Shown one piece after another: positions 8,307-17,548 of a DNA stretch of 64,000 nucleotides (its first letter is position 1; every line of letters begins with the position of its first letter). The notes beneath the pieces are model-generated. The model made no database searches. It saw nothing but the letters and a program-made list of their open reading frames with translations, and was not told the origin of the DNA. The position numbers and the translations under genes were made by a program. Source of the stretch: Nanobdellota archaeon (GTDB taxonomy: Archaea > Nanobdellota > Nanobdellia > Woesearchaeales > UBA9642); the NCBI GenBank assembly GCA_021813435.1, contig JAKAKR010000006.1:3268-67267 (forward strand), given 5' to 3'.

Positions 8307-10232
8307 ATGCCAACAATTACAGTCACATTCCCTGACGGAAGCACGAAAGAATTTGAGAAAGGGACGACTGTTCTTGCAGTCGCAAAATCAATCGGCGAGC
8401 GGCTCGCATCAGCGACCATTGCCGCAAAAGTCTCAGGGAATCTTGTCGATGTCTCATTTGCAATCCCGCATGATGCGCACCTGGTGCTCCTGACATCCAA
8501 AGACAAGGAAGCGCTCGAAGTCCTGCGGCATAGCGCAGCGCATCTTCTGGCGCAGGCAATCATGCGCATGTATCCTGACGCAAAGCTCACCATCGGACCA
8601 GTGGTCGATGACGGATTCTATTATGATATTGACCTTGAAAAGAATTTTACTCCAGAGGATTTTGCTGCAATCGAGGCTGAGATGGCAAAGATTGTCCGTG
8701 AAAATATCCCGGTCAGCCGCACTGTACTCACCAAGAAAGAGGCGCTGCACACTTTCCGCAACAATGAGTATAAGGTGGAATTGATTACTGAGATGCCCGA
8801 AGACGAGATCATCACTGCATACCAGCAGGGAGAATTTACTGACCTTTGCCGCGGACCCCATGTCCCATCAACAGGATTCATCAAATCATTCAAATTGATG
8901 AAGGTCGCAGGCGCCTATTGGCGCGGGAAATCAGAGAATAAACAGCTCCAACGCATCTATGGGACCGCATTTTTTGATAAGAAAGAACTTGATGCATATC
9001 TCAAATTACTCGAGGAAGCAGAAAAACGCGATCATCGAAAGATTGTCAAGGAATTGGATTTGGCGTATTTTCACGAATACGCACCCGGAGCGCCATTCTT
9101 TCTTCCGAAAGGAGCCATCATCTATAATGCCCTTGTAAACTTCATCCGTGAAGAATACCGGAAACGCGGCTACCAGGAAGTCATCACCCCGCAACTCTAC
9201 AACAAAAAATTGTGGGAAACCTCAGGACACTGGGAACATTATCGCGAAGATATGTTCATCATCAACATCGAAGGACAGGAACACTCTTTAAAACCCATGA
9301 ATTGCCCTTCGCATTGCCTGATCTTTAATCGTGACACGAAAAGTTACAAGGATCTTCCGCTGCGCATCGCTGATTTTTGCAGCCTGCACCGGAATGAATT
9401 TTCCGGAACACTCACCGGGCTTGTCCGTGTAAGAAAATTCTCACAGGATGACGCGCATATCTTCTGCAGATTTGACCAGATCGAATCAGAAGTGCTTGGA
9501 GTGCTTGAATTCATCAAGTATGTCTGGAACGATATCTTCGGATTCAAATTGACTTATTATCTCTCGACAATGCCGGAAAAAGCGCTCGGTACACGGGAAT
9601 TATGGGATAAAGCAGAATCACTCCTTGCAGCGGCATTACAGAAAGCAGAGATACCCTACACCATAAAACCGGGCGACGGGGCATTCTACGGTCCAAAGAT
9701 AGATATTGATCTTGAGGATGCACTGGGACGCAAATGGCAATGCCCGACCTGCCAGCTCGATTTCAACCTGCCGCATCGCTTTGAGAACATGTACATCGAT
9801 GAGAATGGTGCAAAACAGGAATGCGTCATGATCCACCGTGCAGTCCTTGGTTCACTTGAACGATTCTTCGGAATGATGGTCGAGCATTTTGCAGGAAAAT
9901 TCCCGCTCTGGCTTGCGCCAGTGCAGATTGAACTCTTGCCCATAGCTGACCGGCACAATAATTATTGTAATGATCTGAAAAAAGAATGGGAATCCCATGG
10001 CCTGCGTGTCGAAGTGGATGATCGTACTGAGACCACGCAGAAGAAAGTGCGCGACGCGCAACTCCAGAAGATTCCGCTCATGGTGACGATTGGCGACAAG
10101 GAAGTGGAGAATCATACCCTTGCGGTCAGAACACTTGACGGGAAAGTGAAATTCGGCGTAAAAAAAGAGGATTTTCTGGTTGCGATTCTTGAGATTGTGA
10201 AAAGCAAGTCAACTATTATAACCTTGGAATAG
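8307..10232 (+). CDS. thrS: Threonyl-tRNA synthetase, bacterial-type (TGS + N2 editing domain + class II core + anticodon-binding domain)
   Basis: MPTITVTFPDGSTKEF (TGS), HSAAHLLAQA editing motif, class II motifs, C-terminal anticodon-binding domain. Track start 8250 runs into the MITE. ATG 8307 is preferred. Confidence 0.9.
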   Translation: MPTITVTFPDGSTKEFEKGTTVLAVAKSIGERLASATIAAKVSGNLVDVSFAIPHDAHLVLLTSKDKEALEVLRHSAAHLLAQAIMRMYPDAKLTIGPVVDDGFYYDIDLEKNFTPEDFAAIEAEMAKIVRENIPVSRTVLTKKEALHTFRNNEYKVELITEMPEDEIITAYQQGEFTDLCRGPHVPSTGFIKSFKLMKVAGAYWRGKSENKQLQRIYGTAFFDKKELDAYLKLLEEAEKRDHRKIVKELDLAYFHEYAPGAPFFLPKGAIIYNALVNFIREEYRKRGYQEVITPQLYNKKLWETSGHWEHYREDMFIINIEGQEHSLKPMNCPSHCLIFNRDTKSYKDLPLRIADFCSLHRNEFSGTLTGLVRVRKFSQDDAHIFCRFDQIESEVLGVLEFIKYVWNDIFGFKLTYYLSTMPEKALGTRELWDKAESLLAAALQKAEIPYTIKPGDGAFYGPKIDIDLEDALGRKWQCPTCQLDFNLPHRFENMYIDENGAKQECVMIHRAVLGSLERFFGMMVEHFAGKFPLWLAPVQIELLPIADRHNNYCNDLKKEWESHGLRVEVDDRTETTQKKVRDAQLQKIPLMVTIGDKEVENHTLAVRTLDGKVKFGVKKEDFLVAILEIVKSKSTIITLE

Positions 10233-10266
10233 GTCGGCAGGATTATGCCGATTACTGTTCACCCCG

Positions 10267-10758
10267 ATGAAAACACTCTATACATTAATCGGTCCTAAAG
10301 GAAGCGGGAAGACCTATATCGGCTCGCTGCTCGACAAAGAATTACATATCCCTTTCTTGAATGTCGAGACAGCAGTGTGGCTACATATCGTGCCTCAGGA
10401 TATGTCTGATGCGTATTTCCGCAAAGGATTCTCAAAAGTTGAAGAAGAAATCCATAGACAGTTTGTACATACTGATAAGTTGATTGTTGACAGTGTGGGC
10501 ACCTCTCCTTATTTTGTTGCACTCCTCGACCACATCCGGTCGATGTATCAGGTTAAGTTTATCAAGGTCGTTGCACCGTTGAATTTATGCATTGATCGGA
10601 TCCACAGACGCGATGAAACGCTTCATGTGCCCATGACTGAAGAACAAATAAAAACAATGAATGCGCAGGAACCACTCATCAAGAATTATGACTTGGTTAT
10701 TATCAATGATCATATACTTGACAAAGAGATAATTACTGAATTTAAGACGCTGTTATGA
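10267..10758 (+). CDS. P-loop NTPase/kinase (AAA_33 / shikimate-kinase-like fold)
   Basis: Walker A GPKGSGKT at the N-terminus. 163 aa. Confidence 0.6.
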   Translation: MKTLYTLIGPKGSGKTYIGSLLDKELHIPFLNVETAVWLHIVPQDMSDAYFRKGFSKVEEEIHRQFVHTDKLIVDSVGTSPYFVALLDHIRSMYQVKFIKVVAPLNLCIDRIHRRDETLHVPMTEEQIKTMNAQEPLIKNYDLVIINDHILDKEIITEFKTLL

Positions 10759-10993
10759 AAATATTGTTCCCATCATTTCTCGAGCATTTCTGGCGTCAGG
10801 GTAATCATGGAGATCTCTTCGTCAGAATACAGTTCCCCAACAATTCTTCGATTGTATGGATGCGGTTCATATCTCATTATTTCACCTCATTGGTCTTAGC
10901 GCATAGTCCCACCTCATCATAGTGTGATGCGAAGGGTAGGGGGCGGGAGTGAGTGGTTAGTTCACCCCCGTTTGAGCATAAATCGATAATTGT

Positions 10994-11131
10994 CTAATAC
11001 AGCGGTGAAAGTCCCTGTTCCCAGCGTTCAATGCGCTCCTGCTGACGCATGAGCTTGCTAAGATTCTTTTGCTGGACTGGATTACAGTCAATCGCTGCTT
11101 CGTATTCATCAAAATCCTGAATGGTCTTCAT
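10994..11131 (-). CDS. Small hypothetical protein (45 aa)
   Basis: MKTIQDFDEYEAAIDCNPVQQKNLSKLMRQQERIERWEQGLSPLY, preceded by a strong Shine-Dalgarno GGGAGGTG 7 nt upstream. The longer 138-aa track ORF upstream of it looks like an extension without support. Confidence 0.4.
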   Translation of the reverse strand: MKTIQDFDEYEAAIDCNPVQQKNLSKLMRQQERIERWEQGLSPLY

Positions 11132-11153
11132 GTAAAACACCTCCCAACAACAC

Positions 11154-11981
11154 ATGACATCATTTGATGCCACATTACTATCCTTATGGCGCCCTTTTAT
11201 ATATCCCTTGTTAAACCCTGCTCGCAAGGATATTTTCACAAACTTTAAAAACCAATTTTCAATTATAGTCGATATGGTCAACGTGTTTGTGGTACCACAA
11301 TGGTTCTTCGGATATGATGTCGCGTTGGAACTCCTTTTCTCAATCATCACGCTCCTCGTGGCGTTGTACGGATTCAAGCTGTATAAGCTCTGCAACGAGA
11401 AACAGTTCAAATACTTCGGGTTCGCGTTTCTCCTTATCGCAATATCCTATTTTCTCCAATCCATCATCAATGTGATGATCATCTACGATCTGAACACCAA
11501 GCTCATGTCCCTCATGAGTTTTCAATTCCTCTATAATCTGACTATTTTTGAGATCTATATCCATACGCTCTTTTTTGTGGTGGGGCTCTTGCTTCTCACC
11601 TATAATACCTTCAAGATTGACAATCTGCGGGTATTCTACCTCCTCTTCATCATCGTCATGCTCGCAATCTTTTTGAGCTTCAACAAGGTATTCATGTTCT
11701 ATCTTGTGGCGTCAGTGCTCCTCCTCTACCTTGTCGTGTATTATGCGATCAATTATTTTTCCACGAAAAAAACGAATGCGCTCATCATGTTCATCGCCAT
11801 GACCCTTTTGCTCTTTAGCACGCTGCATTTTATCCTTGCAGTCAATCACGGCGTGTACTATGTGCTTGGCCACATCTTTGAATTTATTGCATACCTTCTT
11901 ATCGCATCTGAATTATACCTTGTCAATCGATACAGCAAAAACATCTGCGCGGTAACACACTATGGGAAAAAAAAGAGATAG
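11154..11981 (+). CDS. Polytopic membrane protein, unknown function
   Basis: At least 7 predicted hydrophobic helices. Likely true start is ATG 11271 (MVNVFVVPQWFF...). Confidence 0.55.
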   Translation: MTSFDATLLSLWRPFIYPLLNPARKDIFTNFKNQFSIIVDMVNVFVVPQWFFGYDVALELLFSIITLLVALYGFKLYKLCNEKQFKYFGFAFLLIAISYFLQSIINVMIIYDLNTKLMSLMSFQFLYNLTIFEIYIHTLFFVVGLLLLTYNTFKIDNLRVFYLLFIIVMLAIFLSFNKVFMFYLVASVLLLYLVVYYAINYFSTKKTNALIMFIAMTLLLFSTLHFILAVNHGVYYVLGHIFEFIAYLLIASELYLVNRYSKNICAVTHYGKKKR

Positions 11982-12237
11982 GCTTCAGATTATCCATGAC
12001 ATCCTGAAGGCTATCCAGGACAAGAACAATCGGATTAAACCGACTCATATTCTCTATAAGTCGAACCTTTCGCACCAGATGATGGAAGAGTACTTGGAAG
12101 AGCTCATGGAAAAGGGATTCGTTGTCATGAACAGCGACAAGACCGGTAAGACCTACTCGCTCACCCAGAAAGGCTTTGACTATCTCAACAAGTATAAATT
12201 GATCGCAGAATTCGCGGATTCATTCGGATTGCAATAA
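11962..12237 (+). CDS. Winged-helix protein (archaeal HTH_45-like)
   Basis: 91 aa. ...RLQIIHDILKAI...THILYKSNLSHQMMEEYLEELMEKGFV - pattern of the archaeal winged helix-turn-helix family. Confidence 0.6.
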   Translation: MGKKRDRLQIIHDILKAIQDKNNRIKPTHILYKSNLSHQMMEEYLEELMEKGFVVMNSDKTGKTYSLTQKGFDYLNKYKLIAEFADSFGLQ

Positions 12238-12250
12238 AAGATTTTTTTAG

Positions 12251-12688
12251 CTATTTTTTTGGAACATACTCAGTACAGAACAACTCTATAAATGCTCTGG
12301 TCGTTGGCAATAAATCCAGGTTTTTTGCGTCTTGAGGACTAATCCATTCTAGCTTGTTGATCTTGTGATCAGTGAGATGTAATGTTCCGTCGATTAATTG
12401 ACAGTGATAACAGAAAACCAGTGTATGCTGCAAATATTCTTCATGTTCCCATTCTTTGGATACGCAGTCAGCAAGCAACCGAAGAATCTTGACTTGTAAC
12501 CCTGTCTCCTCGAGAATCTCTCTGAGCAGTGTATCTTTTAATGATTCTCCAAATTCGTTGGTCCCTCCCGGTACGTCCCATTTGAGATGTGCATCAGGAA
12601 TTTTTGGGTCCAATCGTTGAGATACCAAAATCTGACCAGAATCGTTCTCGATGATTCCTAGAACGACAATTTTCTGTTTTTTCTCCAT
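12251..12688 (-). CDS. NUDIX hydrolase
   Basis: Nudix box GGTNEFGESLKDTLLREILEETGL. Confidence 0.85.
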   Translation of the reverse strand: MEKKQKIVVLGIIENDSGQILVSQRLDPKIPDAHLKWDVPGGTNEFGESLKDTLLREILEETGLQVKILRLLADCVSKEWEHEEYLQHTLVFCYHCQLIDGTLHLTDHKINKLEWISPQDAKNLDLLPTTRAFIELFCTEYVPKK

Positions 12689-12796
12689 GGAACATACGAA
12701 GTGAGTGCGCTTATTAAATCTTATTATTTCCGACTTTTAACCTGTGCTGAGTTTTTGATCGTCGTATCTGTCCAAGAATGATTGTAAGAACGTATT

Positions 12797-12970
12797 TCAG
12801 AATTCTTCTTCGAGTTCTTCTTCTTCCTTCTCTTCTTCTGCGTCTTCGTCGTATCCTTCCATGAATGCTTCTTCAGCATCATCTATCTCATCGTTGTCGC
12901 GCAGATTTTCTGGATTTTCCTCGAAATTGTCGATGACATCGTCCGCTGCTTCCTCTTCGTGCTTTGCCAT
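12797..12970 (-). CDS. Highly acidic small protein (about 57 aa, Asp/Glu-rich)
   Basis: MAKHEEEAADDVIDNFEENPENLRDNDEIDDAEE...EEEKEEEELEEEF. ATG 12970 sits 23 bp below the shared 19-bp promoter element. Confidence 0.45.
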   Translation of the reverse strand: MAKHEEEAADDVIDNFEENPENLRDNDEIDDAEEAFMEGYDEDAEEEKEEEELEEEF

Positions 12971-12992
12971 ATTCGGATTTGGAAGCAACTTA

Positions 12993-13011
12993 TTTATAAA
13001 GTTTATTATTT
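12993..13011 (-). promoter_or_regulatory. Second copy of the 19-bp promoter element AAATAATAAACTTTATAAA (minus strand)
   Basis: Identical to 6733-6751. 23 bp upstream of ATG 12970. Confidence 0.5.
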
Positions 13012-13035
13012 AAGAAGGGTGACGTATTTGCAGAG

Positions 13036-13689
13036 TTATCGCCGCTGAATGTCCTCAATCATGGAAAAGTGTTCATGAAAGATGTGCGCTGAACTGGAGA
13101 CTGTAGTGAGGCTTCCGGTAGGGATATTGATACGGTCTGCCACATACTTTTGTAATACCACAATCTGGTAGATGTTGCCTGGCCAGCCAATAAAGAAATC
13201 ATTGCTGCGGATATAACAGGTCAGATGAAGCATATTATCCTTGATCTTGAAGTAGAGGAATAGGAGGCTCGGGACATTTTTCGAATCGAGATCCATATCC
13301 TTTACAGGATTGAAGAGGCAGACAATCCCCCGGCGCGTAGTAGGATCTTTTTTTAATAATGGGATTATGAAATCATTGATCTGGTCTTTCTGGTTCATGA
13401 AATTGAATATCCGCGGCCCATAACTATATTCGTAGATTGCAGCGACATCCTTGCTGAGCATGATCGCTGAGAGCTCTTCCTGCGAGGGATAGATGAGATC
13501 GAACTCCTGCATGAGTTGGATGGGCGTTTCGTAATCCTCTTCCGGATGCTCGATGGTGACCGTGAAATTCAATACCTCCCGGCAGACGCGATTATCGTGG
13601 TCAGTGAAATCGCTCCCTTCCTCTTTGATATAGGTCAGCGCGCGCTTCCATGCGTCCTGTGTTGTTTGGGTTGTTATTTCCATATGCAC
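13036..13689 (-). CDS. Thymidylate-synthase-fold protein (ThyA-like, short archaeal form). Canonical PCH nucleophile motif appears as PSL.
   Basis: By-eye alignment to E. coli ThyA: DQINDFIIPLLKKDPTTRRGIVCLFNP vs [26 protein letters not shown], and LHLTCYIRSNDFFIGWPGNIYQIVVLQKYVA vs [31 protein letters not shown]. Confidence 0.6.
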   Translation of the reverse strand: MHMEITTQTTQDAWKRALTYIKEEGSDFTDHDNRVCREVLNFTVTIEHPEEDYETPIQLMQEFDLIYPSQEELSAIMLSKDVAAIYEYSYGPRIFNFMNQKDQINDFIIPLLKKDPTTRRGIVCLFNPVKDMDLDSKNVPSLLFLYFKIKDNMLHLTCYIRSNDFFIGWPGNIYQIVVLQKYVADRINIPTGSLTTVSSSAHIFHEHFSMIEDIQRR

Positions 13690-13737
13690 TCTTGTCTTAT
13701 CTTCTGCTGAATCTTCAGGGCATTATAGGATATCGTG

Positions 13738-15339
13738 TTATATATAGTTGGTGAGCCTGATCATCCCGCGCATCCCGCTGAAATCATAGGTGAAAAAGGG
13801 TATCTTGTATGAACTGATGATATGGCTGAATTCGTGAATGATGTCTTTCGTATTGAATTCTGCGGTCCGAAAGATCCTGAGCCGGTCACCGCCGTCAAAT
13901 ATCTCAAACATCTTCTCGCGGGTGTAGATGAACTCCTTGGTCTCCTGCTTATAATAATCTTCAATGCCGCGGATGTTTGCTTTCTTGTACTCCCGTTCTC
14001 CCATGAATTGGGGATCAAAATTCCGGAATGCGGAGCTGAATGCGATACGGAACCGGATCGGGATTCCGCAACTCTTGAATATGGTCTCTTCAGAATAGCA
14101 GAAATGGTCAATGACTTCCTTGGTGCTCTTGAGCAAATCAAAAAGGGTGTCGTCCTCTTCGACATTCTTCTGCCAGTCGTAATTCCAGAACCGGATATAA
14201 TTGCGGCTGAACCGGTAGAATCCGCTGCTGGCATTGCCGTTAAGCATATTGATATTCCTGAAATACTCGCCAAGTTTTCTGCGCTGCAATGTATTGGCCG
14301 AAAGGAGGAGTTTTGCGGCTGCAAGCACGCCCTTGCGAAATTCTGCGTCAGTATGGTATTTCTCGAAAAAGTGGTTGATGTTGATGGCGATTGCGGATTG
14401 CGAGCAGCAGACGCCGATGGTTTTTCCCCTCACTTGCGCGCAATACGTCTCCCAATCCTCGTCGTCAATACTGTACATCCCCGCGCGCCCCTTAAGGTAT
14501 GGCGCCTTTGCAATATCAGTATTCTTGATATTGATCTTGATTTTTTCCTTGGAGAAGAGTGCGACAATCTCCTCGAATATCTGCGAGTGGGAGTGGAGCG
14601 TCTTACTGGTCAGGTTGAATATGATATTGATGCGCCGCGGATTCATCTGGGTGAATTGTTTGATGAACCTGATGATATTCTTGTCATTGCCGTTGAGCGT
14701 GATGATGAGCGATACGGTCTTGTTGAGATCTTCCGTGTCCACACTCAGCTTTTGGAGGAATTCTTTGAGCGGGTCTTCTTCATCGCTGCGCGCCGCATGC
14801 ATGATCATGATCTCGAAATCATTGAGTGCAACCACATCATTGACGACATTGAAGCATTCGCGGATGATTGCATAGAGTTTACTGATTCCCTGCACTGACG
14901 CGCATTCGAGTAGGATTGCATTTGCATTGGTAATAAAAGTGTCCTGTTCATATCGTTTCATGATGCGTTCCTGCTCATACCGTTCGGTTGCTGATGCAGG
15001 CAGCGCGGTCTTGGTGATGATGATCTTCTTATACCCTTTCTCAAGAATGAGTTCTCCTTCATCGATTGCAAGCGCAAACAATTTCTCGCCCTTCTCCTCG
15101 ATACGTGCAATCCTGATGATGTGCTGTTCCTCTAGTTTATTGAGGTAATAGAGTATCTTGCGGTGCAGCTGGAATTTTTTTGCCTTGGATTTCTTTACAA
15201 TGTTCTTGTCGCTGCTTTCGAGCTGCTGCGTGATTTTCTGATATTCCTCAGGATACAGTTCTTTTGCAATATCTTCTGCACTGATCTCTCTTGCGGCTTG
15301 CTTGAAGATAGTCAGGATTTGCTGCTCAGTATCACGCAT
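13738..15339 (-). CDS. Large hypothetical protein (about 533 aa): N-terminal winged HTH plus about 430-aa uncharacterised domain
   Basis: N-terminal EDIAKEL...LHRKILYYLNKLEEQHIIRI is winged-HTH-like. Remainder unrecognised. Preferred start ATG 15339 with GGAGGGGG Shine-Dalgarno (track start 15357). Confidence 0.55.
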   Translation of the reverse strand: MRDTEQQILTIFKQAAREISAEDIAKELYPEEYQKITQQLESSDKNIVKKSKAKKFQLHRKILYYLNKLEEQHIIRIARIEEKGEKLFALAIDEGELILEKGYKKIIITKTALPASATERYEQERIMKRYEQDTFITNANAILLECASVQGISKLYAIIRECFNVVNDVVALNDFEIMIMHAARSDEEDPLKEFLQKLSVDTEDLNKTVSLIITLNGNDKNIIRFIKQFTQMNPRRINIIFNLTSKTLHSHSQIFEEIVALFSKEKIKINIKNTDIAKAPYLKGRAGMYSIDDEDWETYCAQVRGKTIGVCCSQSAIAININHFFEKYHTDAEFRKGVLAAAKLLLSANTLQRRKLGEYFRNINMLNGNASSGFYRFSRNYIRFWNYDWQKNVEEDDTLFDLLKSTKEVIDHFCYSEETIFKSCGIPIRFRIAFSSAFRNFDPQFMGEREYKKANIRGIEDYYKQETKEFIYTREKMFEIFDGGDRLRIFRTAEFNTKDIIHEFSHIISSYKIPFFTYDFSGMRGMIRLTNYI

Positions 15340-15401
15340 ACCCCCTCCTAGGAACATGCGTTTTTAAAGGTTGCGGGAAGAAAGTCGTGATAGCGTATTA
15401 T

Positions 15402-15761
15402 CTATCTTCTCTTGTACTTAAATTTCTTATTATATTTTTCGTGATCAATAATATCTAGTATGAAACAAATTATTTCAATTTCATCTCCTTTAATGGTGTA
15501 GAGCATCCTCCAAAATCCTGGCAGCTCTACACGCCATAGATTGCCGACATTATACTGTTTCGGGATAAGATTTTTTTGGATATTATCTCCGTAGAACGGA
15601 TTTTGCTTTAGGATGCTTTTCTTTGCAGTTATTGCGCGCAGTAATTGTAATTCTAAACTGTTCCTTTTTCCATTGCGTTGCTGCATGCCTACGATGATGT
15701 TTAGTTTGCGATATGCATCCTTTGCATCGTCAATAAGTATTACCCTTACTGGTTTATTCAT
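15402..15761 (-). CDS. RelE/ParE-family toxin (type II toxin-antitoxin)
   Basis: 119 aa. C-terminal NLWRVELPGFWRMLYTIKGDEIEIICFILDIIDHEKY matches the RelE/YoeB pattern. 4-bp ATGA overlap with the upstream antitoxin gene. AT-rich. Confidence 0.7.
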   Translation of the reverse strand: MNKPVRVILIDDAKDAYRKLNIIVGMQQRNGKRNSLELQLLRAITAKKSILKQNPFYGDNIQKNLIPKQYNVGNLWRVELPGFWRMLYTIKGDEIEIICFILDIIDHEKYNKKFKYKRR

Positions 15762-16030
15762 AATTCTACTCCTTTTTTTATGAGCGTGTCCAATTCTTTT
15801 CGTTCAGCATATACCCATAGCACTCCTTTGGTTCCAATAATTATTTTCCCGCTCTGCTGTAAATAATCAAGGATGATGTGTACTGTTTGATGCATCACTT
15901 TTTTTGGAAGTCTACGTTTTAATTCTGCAACACTCATGAGTTCGCCAGATTTTAGAGTATCTTCAACCATTAGAACTGTACTTAATGTTGGAGAATGTAA
16001 AAACTGATTTTTTCGAATTTGTTTAGCCAT
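15758..16030 (-). CDS. Putative antitoxin / DNA-binding partner of the RelE-like toxin
   Basis: About 90 aa from ATG 16030 (MAKQIRKNQF...). Translationally coupled to the toxin gene. The track ORF extends to 16123 through an unlikely Tyr/Ile-rich leader. Confidence 0.55.
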   Translation of the reverse strand: MAKQIRKNQFLHSPTLSTVLMVEDTLKSGELMSVAELKRRLPKKVMHQTVHIILDYLQQSGKIIIGTKGVLWVYAERKELDTLIKKGVEL

Positions 16031-16302
16031 AAAAAACACCTCATTGATATATAAATATATGTAATAGATATAATTATATATCAAATGATATTTAAAGTTT
16101 TTGTTTTTGTGGCGCTGATCCATACAATAGAGACGGCTTACCTCTTCATAAGCTTTACATAAGATTTTTCGAAAGATTTACGGATTGAGACAGAAGCATT
16201 TGGAAACTTGAATAAAGTTGTATTTTTTGTGCTCAATCGACACATTTAAATACTTCTATTACTGCTATTCTAGAATTAATAGTATATATTTGGAGGTTTC
16301 CT

Positions 16303-16656
16303 ATGACAAATAACAATAAAGCTGTAACTGTTAAAGATCGGATAATAGAATTTATGAGAACAAACCCGACGGTGAAAACTCAAGATATTGTTGATGGGGT
16401 GGGAATTTCTAGAATTCATGCTAGTGTGATTCTTGCTCAACTTGTTAAAGAAAATAAAATAGAAAGAATAAAAACAGGAGTTTACTCGCTTGAGGGGGAA
16501 ACTACTGTGTTAACAAATTTATTGACGGAAAAAAAATCTAATTCTACTGAATTAATCGAGGATTTAGATATGGCGACTTTACTAAGATTGAAAAGTAAAT
16601 TTGGTAGAGCTACGTTGATAAAAAAATTAAAAGATTCTATAAAATTATTAGAATAA
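16303..16656 (+). CDS. Winged-helix DNA-binding protein, hypothetical
   Basis: 117 aa. TQDIVDGVGISRIHASVILAQLVKENKIERIKTGVYSL is winged-HTH-like. Shine-Dalgarno ggaggt upstream. In an AT-rich islet. Confidence 0.55.
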   Translation: MTNNNKAVTVKDRIIEFMRTNPTVKTQDIVDGVGISRIHASVILAQLVKENKIERIKTGVYSLEGETTVLTNLLTEKKSNSTELIEDLDMATLLRLKSKFGRATLIKKLKDSIKLLE

Positions 16657-16691
16657 TACTCATTAAAGGCAAATGAGAGACAGTGCCTTCG

Positions 16692-16762
16692 TCAATAAGC
16701 GTTCCAATCCGTTTGTCTCAGCCAGAGAATGTACGGTGGAATCCTGAACGCTTATTGACGTC
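16692..16762. repeat. Perfect 15-bp inverted repeat (cgtcaataagcgttc / gaacgcttattgacg) enclosing a 41-bp loop with a nested hairpin
   Basis: Read directly from sequence. Lies at the boundary between the AT-rich TA/wHTH islet and the downstream gene. Confidence 0.7.
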
Positions 16763-16867
16763 TGTCTTTAAATTTAATATTATACTATCTCTATCATTTT
16801 GAATTATTTAATTTTTTCGTTTTTTTTTAACGAAACCCTTATATTCAGCGCTTATTCTCTTCCTTTC

Positions 16868-17548
16868 ATGCCAAATCTCATCCCTTACACAACAGCTGAT
16901 GGCTCGCAGTCATTTCGCAATACTGTTTTTGATGAGATGTATCACACGAAATCCGGGGCGCGTGAGGAAGCGTTTGAGAAGCATGCGCGTCCATTACGGG
17001 TTTGGGAAAAAGAGAACCCTATTATCTATGATGTCTGTTTCGGTCTTGGATACAATGCTGCTGCAGCAATCGATCTCATCAGGCAGAATGGCAATGATTC
17101 ATTGATTACAGTCTACATTTTTGAGAATGATCCTGAAATTCTGGACAAGATCCTTGAAATCAATGTCGCGTTTGATTGTTTTGCGACAATCAAGGACTTT
17201 ATCGGTAAATGTATTGATGCAGAACAGGAATTTTTTGAATATTTTTATGCTCAAGAGAATATCAAATTTATTATGTTTCTGGGAGACGCCCGAAAGACAA
17301 TCCTGAACGCAAAAGACTTGGCAGATTTTGTATTTTTTGATCCGTTTTCCCCGACGCATCATCCCGAGATGTGGGAATTAGACTTTATCAAGGACATATA
17401 TTCGAAAATGAATGTTGGCGGAAAACTCACCACATATTCTTACGCAAGAAAGGTGCGTGAAACATTTGCCGCAGCAGGATTCACTGTCACTGCAGGTCCT
17501 GTTATTGGCAGAATCAGTCCGAGTACGATTGCACTCAAAGAAGCGTAA
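16868..17548 (+). CDS. MnmC-like SAM-dependent methyltransferase domain protein (DUF752 / tRNA mnm5U-type methyltransferase-like)
   Basis: FDPFSPTHHPEMWELDF matches the DAF(S/A)PxxNPxLW motif of the MnmC C-terminal methyltransferase domain. Preferred start ATG 16868. Confidence 0.65.
   Translation: MPNLIPYTTADGSQSFRNTVFDEMYHTKSGAREEAFEKHARPLRVWEKENPIIYDVCFGLGYNAAAAIDLIRQNGNDSLITVYIFENDPEILDKILEINVAFDCFATIKDFIGKCIDAEQEFFEYFYAQENIKFIMFLGDARKTILNAKDLADFVFFDPFSPTHHPEMWELDFIKDIYSKMNVGGKLTTYSYARKVRETFAAAGFTVTAGPVIGRISPSTIALKEA

Noticed and set aside
10900-10975. GC-rich hairpin gggggcgggaGTGAgtggttagtTCACccccc between convergent genes
   Set aside because: Looks like a simple bidirectional terminator-type stem-loop. 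Not tRNA-like. Low information.
10994-11410. 138-aa minus-strand ORF
   Set aside because: Only the last 45 codons follow a strong Shine-Dalgarno. The upstream part overlaps the N-terminal region of the plus-strand membrane-protein ORF and has no support.
13822-14898. 358-aa plus-strand ORF
   Set aside because: Entirely antisense to the 533-aa gene 13738..15339. Shadow ORF in a long coding region with biased codon third positions.
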